Shown here piece after piece: positions 37,601 to 48,444 of a DNA stretch of 64,000 nucleotides. The notes under the pieces were generated by a model. It was not told the DNA's origin. It saw only the letters and a program-made list of their open reading frames with translations, and searched no databases. The DNA is taken from NCBI RefSeq assembly GCF_000315625.1, contig NW_005434598.1, positions 84,832 through 148,831 of the forward strand, in the 5' to 3' direction. The stretch's first letter is position 1; every line of letters begins with the position of its first letter. Both the position numbers and the translations under genes were made by a program. This DNA is from Guillardia theta CCMP2712. Lineage: Eukaryota; Protista; Cryptophyta.

Positions 37601-38554
37601 ACACGTTGGCAGGTTTGAAGTCTCGATGTACAATCCCCTTTCCAACCTTGGAGTCAAACACAGTGTCACATACGAACATTTTTCACCTTAGAATGTAAGT
37701 AAGCAAGTGCCAATGCACACTGAATGAAAATACTGTAGATCTGCAAAGATGCGAAACTTCAATATGAGGATAACATTTCTCGCAAGGTTCTCTCATGCAA
37801 GTACAACATTGTTGATATGAAGCTGCGGTGTCATTGGCTCAGTGTAATTCTCCAAACATCCTCCACCTTGCCGGTGACTCAGTCAGTTCGCAAAAATGCC
37901 AACCAACACTCACTTGCAAACTCCATGACCACAAAGAGAAACCCGTCCTCAACAAAACAATCTTCGTATCCTACTCTGCAGACTTCAATCAGATCCAGAT
38001 GTCATGGAAAGATTTGCTCTCAACATGTAGGGATGTCGTATCATGGCCAGCAATTGCGTCTCACGCAACTTCGAGGACTTCTCGATTATCTGAGCTCGCA
38101 AACATCATACAAATGCTCTGATTGTTGCATCATCTTTCATACGGTTTCCTTCGCCATGGAAATTTTCTTGATGACATATCTGTCGAAGAACCAACGTGAG
38201 GTACATCCGGCATCACGATCCGTGGAAACAAACTTCTCTCGCTTGTCAGGCATGCCTGTGATATAGTCCTTCCTATTGACATTGGACAACCTGTCAGGAT
38301 GAGGAAGGCGTCGGGTGCAGGTGCAGATGTAGGAGCAGGTGTAGGAGAGCAGAAGCTGCAGAAGGAGGAGCAGAAGCAGGGGAAGGAGGAGCAGGAGGGG
38401 CAGGAGGGGCAGGAGGGGCAGGAGGGGCAGGAGGGGCAGGAGGGGCAGCAGAGGCAGCAGAGCAGGGGCAGGATCGGCCACACCTGTACCCCAGCCATGC
38501 GGTCCCGTTGGCTCCCTCCCCGATAGCCTGTTCGAGCGACCAGTCTCCTGACAT
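31735..38554 (-). CDS. NIMA-related Ser/Thr kinase with C-terminal RCC1 repeats (NEK8/NEK9-like architecture); many introns
   Basis: Kinase motifs 'IGEGANGTAW', 'YVIKKI', 'LFVVMEFA', 'IVHRDFKPANVFL', 'KVGDLG', 'VGTPYYLAPE', 'LGVTLYELCT'. RCC1 motifs 'VFTWGLNTCGQ', 'VYTWGSGDSGRLGHG', 'VACGEAHSMA', 'LYTWGLATSGQLG'. 3' end approximate. Confidence 0.88.
32561..32652 (+). repeat. 21-bp minisatellite (WTGTATGTTCAGGAAATGTTT x ~4.4) in a kinase intron
   Basis: Contiguous head-to-tail units with no spacers. Confidence 0.95.
34327..34408 (+). repeat. (AGAACA)n hexamer microsatellite, intronic
   Basis: Direct repeat visible in the sequence. Confidence 0.95.
35600..35910 (+). repeat. Compound (CAC)(CGC)(CTC)(ATC/GTC) triplet array, intronic
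   Basis: Direct repeat visible in the sequence. Confidence 0.9.
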
Positions 38555-38689
38555 GAGCAAGTTCGCTGCCTCTCTCCTCTCTCTCACTCCTTCTCCTCCC
38601 CTCACGATCGGACTAGCATGCTGATGATTTCATTCCTGTATTCTGCCCGACAGGGTGGCACGGTGAGGCTAGCGTTGTGTCCGACGGGA

Positions 38690-38835
38690 TTGAGTTCCGC
38701 GGCCGGCCCGGCGCGGCCGCCGGCGGGCTTCGGTGGCAAGGCTTGGCGCCGGGCCCGGCGGCCCGGCCCACGGACTCCGTACAACCGGGCCGTGTTGACA
38801 ACAGCCCGCCGGGCCCCGCCGCGGCCTGGCATTCA
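38690..38835. promoter_or_regulatory. GC-rich CCGG/GGCC island just upstream of the kinase ATG
   Basis: 'ccgcggccggcccggcgcggccgccggcggg..gccgggcccggcggcccggcc'. Confidence 0.5.
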
Positions 38836-39485
38836 CTGAGAGACGGTCCCAGATGCTCGCACTTGGGAATCATGACTTGTCGGAACTTGAGCGGCCAAGA
38901 TGTATCAGGTCAGTGAAGAGATCCGATGATCGCCGACATCAACGGTACCGGCATTCCGCGGCTTGTGAATTTTGAGGCCCTACAGAATTTTCCGATGGGG
39001 TCCCGTCCGACTCAGGGTCACTCAGAGCCTGTAGGGGTTGGTATGACTAGTATGTGCATCAGGTGCAGGACTTCTGGATGCTCTTCCGTAAGGCTTAACA
39101 AAGGCAGGCTGCCAAGTTCCATGTTTTGGCGCGGCCGCATCATTGCTGGCCTTAAGGTTTAGGTAAACCCCCCCCACTGGTTGGTTCACTGCTACCCATT
39201 CCTTTGTTGGAAACAGCCTGGCACAGCTGTTGCATTGCGGTCGCTTCGGGTACAGCCCTCAATGAAGTGAAGAAATCAGTCACGAAGACGTGGATGACTG
39301 TAGCCTGTGACTGATGAACAGCTTCTGATTGTCTTCGTGATATCTTACCACTGATGATCAGGAGGACTTCGCAATGGTATCATTAGCTTCTTTACGTCAT
39401 TCACAAATTGATTCAAACAAGAAGTCAAAAAGAATATAGTCCACTAGTATGACTTCCATGGCGGGCATCGATGAGCCTTTAAGAC

Positions 39486-39970
39486 GCGATTCCACGTCCC
39501 TCTCATCGCCCTCATAGAGATAGGGTCTCCTCTACTGCAGTGACTCCTCCGGAGGCTCCAGTGGAAACGACAGGTACAACTCCAGCCACTCGTCACTTAT
39601 CTCTCCTCCTCTCTCCTCCTCCCCTCCCTCCCTCCCCTCCTCCTCCTCCTCCTCCTGCTGTATCATATGATCCCGTGCCGCACCCTCTCCCCCGCCTCCG
39701 GCTTCCCGAGGTGACTCGCGCTTGTAAGGCCACCGCTCTACTCCCAGCCTCCGGCATGCGCTCTTGAGAGACGTGAGCGAGATCCCCTGCCCGCATCCTC
39801 GTCAGCCCGCGCACAGTCTGCTCATCTGCTCATCTGCTCCTGCTCATCTGCTCATCTGCTCATCTGCACATCTGCTCCTCCTCCTCTTCCTTCTCTCCTC
39901 CTCCGTACATGCTGAGCCGAGAGACTTACCAGGAGCTTAGCGGCTTCGAGCTGTCGGAGATGGTAGAGAG
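39486..39970 (+). repeat. Left arm of an inverted duplication (partner 40690-41175)
   Basis: Matches the reverse complement of 40690-41175 with a few substitutions and indels; truncated by the N-gap. Confidence 0.92.
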
Positions 39971-40556
39971 NNNNNNNNNNNNNNNNNNNNNNNNNNNNNN
40001 NNNNNNNNNNNNNNNNNNNNNNNNNNNNNNNNNNNNNNNNNNNNNNNNNNNNNNNNNNNNNNNNNNNNNNTCTCCTCGAAGGTTTGTGCGGAGGCAGGGA
40101 GAAGGGGCAGTGGCTGAAAAGAGTCATGTTCGAGGGTCACACAGTCATATCTAACTGCCGAGCACTGAAAAGACTTGTTTTCATCGTACGACCGTCAGAA
40201 GCTTTCTCTGACGGTCGTACTCTTGATGTGACTCTTTTCGTAGAGACAAGACCCCTCTCAGCCTCCTCCACCTACTGAAGTGGGAGCCTGAACTCAAAGT
40301 TGAGTTAAAAATCAGTACGAGGACAATCAGACAAGGGAGCCAGTGAGTTAAGGGAGCCAGTCTGATAACAAGTTCTTTCGCTTCTTGACATGTCAACCCA
40401 GTGACCTCCTGACAGTCGTATGAATGAACATAGCTTTTTTCAGTCTCTGCACATTCCCCCTTCCCCCGTACAAGCTTGCGGAGGGGAACCCAAATCTCTC
40501 GACACAGCCCTGATTCGCACACATACTTGATGACAAGACAAGACCCCCTTCTCCTT

Positions 40557-40598
<42 letters not shown>

Positions 40599-40689
40599 CC
40601 TCCTCCCGCCCGCTCCGTCTTCATCCAATCTCGACCCCGTACCTCCGACCGTCGCGATCAAATCCGCCTTGACCTCCCCACCATCTCCT

Positions 40690-41175
40690 CTCTCTACCAT
40701 CTCCGACAGCTCGAAGCCGCTAAGCTCCTGGTAAGTCTCTCGGCTCAGCATGTACGGAGGAGGAGAGAAGGAAGAGGAGGAGGAGCAGATGTGCAGATGA
40801 GCAGATGAGCAGATGAGCAGGAGCAGATGAGCAGATGAGCAGACTGTGCGCGGGCTGACGAGGATGCGGGCAGGGGATCTCGCTCACGTCTCTCAAGAGC
40901 GCATGCCGGAGGCTGGGAGTAGAGCGGTGGCCTTACAAGCGCGAGTCACCTCGGGAAGCCGGAGGCAGTGACGGCGGGGGAGAGGGTGCGGCACGGGATC
41001 ATATGATACAGCAGGAGGAGGAGGAGGAGGAGGGGAGGGAGGGAGGGGAGGAGGAGAGAGGAGGAGAGATAAGAGACGAGTGGCTGGAGTGGTACCTGTC
41101 GTTTCCACTGGAAGAAGAGGAGACGGAGGATGCTGAGCTATCTCTATGAGGGCGATGAGAGGGACGTGGAATCGC
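40690..41175 (-). repeat. Right arm of the inverted duplication
   Basis: gggacgtggaatcgc (41161-41175) is the reverse complement of 39486-39500; ctctctacca (40690-40699) is the reverse complement of 39961-39970. Confidence 0.92.
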
Positions 41176-41424
41176 TTCGCTAAAAGCTGAGGGTTTGCTC
41201 GATCGCACCCCGGCAACCTACTTGACAGTAATGTTGTAATTAACGCCGAAGGCGTATTGGATGAATGGAACAACCAACTAGTGGAGTATATTTTTTTTCC
41301 AGCAACACTCAAAGTCATTGTGTAAATTGTTGACCGTACGCAACCATGACTGGACTCAACTGAGTGGGTTCCGGCGTCACACTGATGTTCCGAGTGAGCT
41401 ATCATGGCATCGAAAAAACTTCCC

Positions 41425-41900
41425 CTCCGGCGACGGCGACGGCGACGGTCCGGCGGCGTCACGGTCTCCCGGAACTCACCGGGCCGCGGCGGCTCCGGCT
41501 CCGAGTCCGAGCGGAAGCTCATCTTTCTAACATTCGGCCAGCCATAGCGTTGACATTTTGATTTGTCTGTTTTGGGCTGTATGCTTTCCCGTGGGGGGGT
41601 TGTTCTGCTTTCTAGGTAGATTTGGGGGTGGCGTGTTTGAGAATCTGAAATAGGGTTCGAATTCAGCTTTATAATTCTCATTTTGTTTTCCAATAAGATA
41701 TTTTAGACTGTATTGTGTAATGGTTGAGTATAAACAGAGAAGTAGGGCTACACCCCACAAGTTACAGTCAGATCGTGGGGTAGTCTACCAACTTAGTTGT
41801 AAAGCCTTCTTGTGGTACAAATTTATAAACAAGTTTGAAACTCCCCCTACACGCCATGAGCCTCCCCTTGCACGGGGCACGTCGCACCGCTCTGTACTGC
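41425..41900. promoter_or_regulatory. Short GC island (41425-41515) followed by a GGGGT/ACCCC tract
   Basis: 'ccgggccgcggcggctccggctccgagtccgag', then ggggt/ctacacccc words. Confidence 0.4.
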
Positions 41901-43689
41901 CCTAACGATGGCTCGCAAACAGCAAGCCCGCGGCAGCGTGTGCAGATGTCAGATGTTCACCGAACATACTCATGGGAAATTCCTGAGGTGTAGAGATGAT
42001 GATCCTTGAGGAGTGCTTGGTAGAGCTCGTGAATCTCACGAAAAATCGTTTGGTAAGCGAAGAGCATGAATAATACAAGTGAAAACACCATCACAGGGTT
42101 ACATTGCAATCGAAACCAAAGCGTAAAATAGACAACAAAACCCAGGAAGTTTCCTACTGAGGTTTACNNNNNNNNNNNNNNNNNNNNNNNNNNNNNNNNN
42201 NNNNNNNNNNNNNNNNNNNNNNNNNNNNNNNNNNNNNNNNNNNNNNNNNNNNNNNNNNNNNNNNNNNNNNNNNNNNNNNNACTGCTTGAACAACCATGAT
42301 CCGCAGTGCTGTCGAATGATGTCGGACAAGCAAGTCCCGTGGTTCGTGAAGGATTCTTCATCTGATTTTCAAGGACGTGTTTGAACGATGAAACATTTTG
42401 CAAATCACCAAGGCCTAGGTCATTTCATCACATGATGCATCATGTGAATATTACTGGTGTGAACTTGCATCGGATTTTGTTCATCAATGAGCCGCTGCCA
42501 AGCAGATGATCTCAACGCAAACATGAGCACTTTTGAAGATGCCAATATTCCAGGCCGTAGAGCATGTATGATGTGGCCACATGTCACATGCTTCTTGGTT
42601 CACATAGATACACCTTCGCAAGGCAAAAGATGGAACGTGTTCTTGATTACAAGGAGGTCGGTTGTGCTTTTACCCTGATTGAAACTCTTCTAATAAAGAT
42701 GTGATACCCTGGATGTGGAATTCTATTTATTGATTCACAGCGTTTGTGATCCTTTTACAATCACCGAGTGCTTGTTCTGTTGAACAAGGCACTCCTCTGT
42801 AGTGCCACATGCGACAAGAACTCTACAACTGCACGGCAGCATTGCGAACCGTCAAAACAAGGCAGGATTGATTCGAAGAACATCTCATTTATTTTTATTG
42901 ATGCTCAAATTTATCTGCACATTGTTTCATTTCTGACTAGGTTTCTGAAGCGTTGTGGAAACATCATGACTGAGGAAGAAATCCAAGTGCAGAAAAATCA
43001 TCCTACGTCATGAAACATGGAAATGCAATGGTCAATGCACTTGATCATGGATATAGTGATTCATGATCAACAACAATTCTCTACAGTAATCTATGCGAGC
43101 AGGTGAAGTCATCCTTTTTGCAAACGTCTCTTCATGCACCGTTGAACGGTTGAGTGCGTGTGAGCCTGTCCTCTGTAGAAAAGTGAAGTGCATGAATCCT
43201 GACCGTAAGACTAGAAGAATTGAAAGTGAGCGATGACATGAGAACATATTGTTAGACAGAAAAGTCGCTCAAGGTACAGTTGAATACAAATTTCTCACAA
43301 ATCATGCATTTGAGCGCAACGTGCAACGCACTGCAATTTGAAAGAAGGGTCAATCAGAGTTGATTCTGTTCAATGGTGTATCCATTATTAGTTCCTTACC
43401 TGTTCATAAAAATGTCATCATGTCTTCGAAGCATATTTGCAAGTACACTCGCGGATTGTATGAACCAAGGGCACATATTACATTACACGCTGGATGATTC
43501 AAACCTTGGCCCAACCTGCAGAGTTGAGAAAGAAGCTCGATCATCTCTTACAGATGTGATATGAGATCTTCATCTCATTCCTATCTCAGTTGGGTTGGAT
43601 TCGAAGTCTCTCAATATCAAGGTTCATCCTCGCGAGTCAGGAAGGCACCATTTCATCGCCTCTTGCTCGTCCAGGGAGAGGGGGCTTGG

Positions 43690-44080
43690 GGAATGAGAAA
43701 AGGGGGCTACCCCCCACCCCCTATTACACAGTTTCAAATCCTTTCAAAGGTGGGTGGTTGAGGGTGCTCCATGCCTACCCCACCCCCCAACAACAGTCAA
43801 ATGGAGGGGTTCTCGGAAGTCGAAGTTCCGACCAGTTTGGCCCTCATTTTGTACCATGTAAGAGCTGCAATTTTAAGTTGGTACCACAGATACTCCTAAA
43901 ATGCGTACTTTTACATTGGTTTGGCGTGGTGAGGTGTCCACGCCACCAAATTCAAATCACCCTACCCCTCTTTGGCCCTGCACAGCAACGATTTTCATGA
44001 GAGCGACTACCCTCCCACATGACTTCTCAAAGGAGGGTACTCCCAATTGGCATGGAATGAAGGGACCCCTCAGGTCCTTC
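43690..44080. promoter_or_regulatory. TACCC-rich tract
   Basis: 'ctacccccacccc', 'cctaccccacccc', gtacc and 'ccctaccc' words. Confidence 0.5.
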
Positions 44081-44111
44081 GAAAAAAAAAAATATTGCCA
44101 ATTTTTCCTAT

Positions 44112-44860
44112 GAGCGCCCGGCCGGAAAAGCAACGCTATGCAGTCCGACTCAGGGGCCGGCACTGAGTGCAACTGAGGTCCCTAGGCCCCTGACTCAGTC
44201 ACTAGGCTAGGCCGGGCCCGGGCCCCCTCCGCGCTCACTGCCACTGAGTCCGATCAGGCGCAACTTGGCAACTTGAGAGTCACTGGCACGGCGCGGTCCG
44301 GGCCGAGTGCCGCGGCGGCCGTGCCCGCGGCCGCGGGCCGCCGGGCCCGGGCCCTGCGGCCCGGACCGGTGGCGACTGGCACGCCCGGATCCGAGACGGC
44401 CGGGCGTGACTAGGTCACCGGGCCCGGGCACTACTACGTCACGGTCGGAGCCGTCCGGACTGGGCCCGGCCCGGCCACTGCCACGGTACCCAGCCGCCAG
44501 CCCCGGCCCCGGCCCCACCGTCGTGGCAGCCCGGCGGGCGCCGCGCCGGCCGCTGCGGGGCCCGCAGCCGCAGGCACTGCCGGTGTGGCCGGCAGCCCAC
44601 TCAGTTCAAGTGGCCGCCGGCCGCCAGGCAGGCCGCCAGGCACTGCGGCCGCCGGGGCCCGGCCCACTGGGCCACTGCCTCCGGCTGGACGCCGGGGCCC
44701 GGCCGGGGCCCGACGGGCCGACTGCCCGGCACTGGCCATCCTGGCAGTGCTGGCCACCGTGGCTGGCCACCGCCGTGCCCGCCGGGCGGCCGTCACAGTG
44801 ACTGTCACAGTGTGGCACGCGCCGCCGGGCCGGCCCCGGGACGGACCGGGCCCGGGTGCG
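44112..44860. promoter_or_regulatory. Largest GC-rich CCGG/GGCC micro-palindrome island, upstream of the 920-aa gene
   Basis: Very high GC; palindromes GCACTGAGTGC, TGACTCAGTCA, GTGACTAGGTCAC and GTCACAGTGAC. Confidence 0.55.
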
Positions 44861-45461
44861 AGGGGGATGAGCAAAGGGTTGCGCGGGGATGAAGACATCG
44901 GATTATGCCGGCGGCCGATGTCCGACGTAGGGAGGCGGGAACGAGAGAAATGGAGGAGGGGGGGGGAGGAGGAGGAAGGGAAGGACGAGACCAGAGGAAG
45001 AGAAGAGAAAAGAAGAGAAGGTGGGAAGTGGGAGCAGGTGAAGTTGTTGCCATAGGTTGATGGACATTAGCTGTGAGAGGCGATGGAGGAGAGGATTGAA
45101 CGGGATTTGCGCCTTTGGAGTTTGCGAGCATGAGCATGTGCATGCAAGGAAGAGATTGTGCTGAGATGTATATCTGTTGATGATCATGTATGACAGATCG
45201 GTAGTGTTCATCTGATCCGCATGTCCAAGTCGAAGAGAGCCAAGGGCTGGGAAATACAAGATCCTCGAGCCGGGCGGAGACCATGAAAACTTTCAGCGGT
45301 TCTCAGGCACGAATGGCCGATCGCAGACGATGAAGGATGGAGGAAGTAGCAGGAGACTGACAATGGTTGGAGATCTTTCAGGCTCTGATCTTGTTTCTGG
45401 GTGGACCATGAGTTACAACTACCCGTAGCACGACCCTTCAATTCCTTCACGTCTGCGCTCG

Positions 45462-48224
45462 ATGTTGGCACGGCTCATTCTCATCGCGCTGATGGCGTGT
45501 GCAGCTGAAGGATACTTGCTGCATGACGAGCTGTCGACCAAGATCAGCAGGATGAAAGCAGGCATCGCTCGGATGGATGAGTTTGAGATGCCAGTCAGCA
45601 AGAGGATCATAAAGTACAAGCTCAAGATCGCCAAGTCAGAGAACGACATCTCGGAGTTAGCAACGTTCAGCTTCGACTCTGAGTTGTCAACAAGAGCCAA
45701 GAGGAGCCTTTCAAGGGATGACAACCATGCTGAAACCTTGATCGTCACGCAGTACTTCGCGGCGAAGCAAAGAACACAGACGCTGTTGGCGGAGTTGAAA
45801 CGGGAGGAAACTCTCTTGGAAGATTTGCGGAAGCAGATTTCTCATGATTCATTGGGAGAGAAAAGCAGAGAGAGGAGAAGGGAGGAGACGGCAGATGACG
45901 GTCATTCACTAGTCAATAGTGGACAGCAAGGAGGACTGTCGCAGTACATTCCGAAACAATTCCGAAAGAAGGAAAGTGATCTGTTGCCGAGAGTTGAGAA
46001 TGCATGGGGAGGACCGGTCCCAATCGATCAACATGTTCAAGAGCAAGGAAAAGGAGAAGAGCGAGCACAGGACAAACTCGTCCAGAAGCCCGCATCATCG
46101 GCATATCAAGTTCCAATGAGAACAGCGGAATCTGACTGGAATCCCGCGGAACAAAAGTACGAGAAGTCGAACGAGCAAGATGCGAAGAGATCGTCTGTTT
46201 CGCCTGACAAGAGCATGATCAAAACTTTGCCTGCTGTCAATCAGATTTCCTCTCCTCACCGCAAACAGAAAGCTTCCAATCCGTTCAAGGAGAAAATCTC
46301 ACTCACGGACTACGCAAGCTGGTCCAATCATGCTAAGATCAACTTGCACAAGTTCTGGAGAGCAACAACAAATGATCAGCACAAAGTCAATCGAGCTGTA
46401 AAGTCCGAAGAAAACAGTCAAGAACAGTATCGATTCTACTACCTGGCATGTTTGCTCGACCCCAAGTTTTCTCACGGGAAGAAATCCCACGAAGAGCGTT
46501 CAGAACATGTCAAGGCTCTATCGCCTCCCACAGAGATGGAGAGAGCTGTCCCTACTCAAGGAGACAAGGAGCAGAGCAAGGGAGAGCAGAGAGGGGAGGG
46601 GGGAGAGGAAGAGGGGGAGGCAGCAGTGCAGGTCAGGGTCGAAGTGAGCTCTACCCTGCCATGCCCATCGCCTGGTGGAGGTCAGTTCACAAGAGCAGAG
46701 CAGAGGAGGAGTTCGGGCGAGTCGTCAGCTTCGCAGTCTGCTCGCCATGATCGCAAGGGAGGGAGGAAGCAGCAACATCTCGCCAAGGGCCTTCAGTTCA
46801 CGGGACACGGCGAGTACCACCAGATCGAATGGCCCAGGATCAACTCGACGGTGCTGGAGGAGGAGGAGAAGGGGGAGGAGGAGATGGGAGGGAAGCCCAG
46901 GGAGAAGGCGGGGGATGGCTCAAGGAGGAAGCTTGAACTGCAACCTACGGCAAGGATGACAAGGAGTAAGCAGGAAGGAAGGGGCAAGGGGGGCGAGGGA
47001 AGGGTGAACACGAGCAGGATCACAGCGGGGTCAGCGGCGGAGAGGAGGAGAGAAGAGGAGGACGAGGTAGAGGCGAGGAGGAGGGAGAGAGGGGAGGGGA
47101 AGCAGAGGAGGGGGAAAGAGGATAAAGCTACAAGTCCCCCGAAAAGTGCAAGGGAGGGAGGAGAGAAGGAGTCGCTCAACTTTAGCTCTTTCGCTCCCCC
47201 TCCTGCAGCAGCAGCGATGTCTCCTGCTCGTGACCCTTCCAAGAGTCTGCAGAGGATCCTGGGGAAAGTTGTCAGGACGTTGATCAAGCCGGAGAGAATG
47301 AAATCTGTGCAGGCAGCAAACAAGCCCGAGGATGTTGGGACTGAGCTTGCCCGACCTAGAGGAAGAGAGAGTTTGGTGGAGGAGCAAGGCAATTTGACTG
47401 CAAACGTCTCTATTGACGTGTCGATCTCAACTGCGGAGAATACATCAGCATGTTTTGAGATTGAGAACAAGGTCAAGGAGAAGCTTGTTGAGGACAGTTC
47501 CAAGGTTTCAAGCGTCAGTGTTGCTAATGTTACATCCGCTTGTTCGGCAGTTGAGCGCGTGTTGCTCGAATCGAACACAACAGTCCAGCAACTTGCCGAT
47601 AGGAACGAAGACGTTCTGAGCGAAGCAAGCAGGGTGCAAGGAGACATCGAACGAGTCCTCCTTCAGTCAAGGTTGTTGGAAAGTCTCATAAACTCCAGTG
47701 CTGCCTTGCCTTCAAACATGACAGAACTCTCTTGGCTAAACCTTGCAGACAACCTTGCACACCTCCAACAAGTGAACTTCGGAGCAAGTGAGATCGTGAG
47801 GGCTCCACAAGAACTACCAATGGAACCCAGCAAGCTTGTCGACCAGGGATCGGACCTTGAGGAGACATGCAACCTCTCTTCCTCTCTGCCAACAACACCA
47901 CGCGGTCCTGGTCACAGCGTGAAGACTGAGAAACGTTTCTTCTTCTTCCGCCGTACCGCTGCCATTGAAGCCAAAAGTCTCAACACCTCCCTCCGTCCCA
48001 AGAGCATACAGGCTGCTGTTGCTGATGGCGAGGAGGAGGTACAGAATGCCTTGCGGTTTCGACCTGCTCCGCTTCTGCACGTTTCATCTCCCGCAGAGGC
48101 TCAGGCGAGCTTCACAGAGGTGAGGAGGAGGATAGAAAACGAGAAGATCAGAGAGAGAGAGCAAATCCTTGAAGAGTCGAGGAGCAAGCACAAGCACGGA
48201 GATGTGAAGGTGAAGAGAGTTTGA
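45462..48224 (+). CDS. Hypothetical secreted protein with an N-terminal coiled coil and low-complexity middle (may contain in-frame introns)
   Basis: 920-aa ORF; signal-peptide-like 'MLARLILIALMACAAEG'; coiled-coil-like segments. Confidence 0.7.
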   Translation: MLARLILIALMACAAEGYLLHDELSTKISRMKAGIARMDEFEMPVSKRIIKYKLKIAKSENDISELATFSFDSELSTRAKRSLSRDDNHAETLIVTQYFAAKQRTQTLLAELKREETLLEDLRKQISHDSLGEKSRERRREETADDGHSLVNSGQQGGLSQYIPKQFRKKESDLLPRVENAWGGPVPIDQHVQEQGKGEERAQDKLVQKPASSAYQVPMRTAESDWNPAEQKYEKSNEQDAKRSSVSPDKSMIKTLPAVNQISSPHRKQKASNPFKEKISLTDYASWSNHAKINLHKFWRATTNDQHKVNRAVKSEENSQEQYRFYYLACLLDPKFSHGKKSHEERSEHVKALSPPTEMERAVPTQGDKEQSKGEQRGEGGEEEGEAAVQVRVEVSSTLPCPSPGGGQFTRAEQRRSSGESSASQSARHDRKGGRKQQHLAKGLQFTGHGEYHQIEWPRINSTVLEEEEKGEEEMGGKPREKAGDGSRRKLELQPTARMTRSKQEGRGKGGEGRVNTSRITAGSAAERRREEEDEVEARRRERGEGKQRRGKEDKATSPPKSAREGGEKESLNFSSFAPPPAAAAMSPARDPSKSLQRILGKVVRTLIKPERMKSVQAANKPEDVGTELARPRGRESLVEEQGNLTANVSIDVSISTAENTSACFEIENKVKEKLVEDSSKVSSVSVANVTSACSAVERVLLESNTTVQQLADRNEDVLSEASRVQGDIERVLLQSRLLESLINSSAALPSNMTELSWLNLADNLAHLQQVNFGASEIVRAPQELPMEPSKLVDQGSDLEETCNLSSSLPTTPRGPGHSVKTEKRFFFFRRTAAIEAKSLNTSLRPKSIQAAVADGEEEVQNALRFRPAPLLHVSSPAEAQASFTEVRRRIENEKIREREQILEESRSKHKHGDVKVKRV

Positions 48225-48444
48225 ATCGTGGGCTCGTGTTGAGCATTTTCAGCAGAGATTTGACAAGCAGGACATCAACACCAGAAATCAATTCTTGAGA
48301 TCTCAAGGTGCCTTGTCGAGCTTTTTTGTCTTGGTTGTTACTTACGTTGAACAGATCATTCGGCAACGGCAGCGCCAGAGAGAGTTCTGAGCTCAGTTGG
48401 GATCATATTGCATCATGCCGACAATGGTGAAGTTTGGATAGAGG

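Noticed and set aside
39486-41175. TIR DNA transposon or MITE
   Set aside because: No transposase and no clear target-site duplication. Homology fades gradually at the outer ends, and the arms look gene-like (splice signals, intronic SSRs).
41900-43680. Possible spliced gene
   Set aside because: Coding-like composition, but no strand, frame or family could be supported by eye.
44207-45055. Pro/Gly/Arg/Ala-rich ORFs in GC islands (also 8004-8342, 10642-10984, 38602-38916)
   Set aside because: Open on both strands because of extreme GC content; no domain signal.
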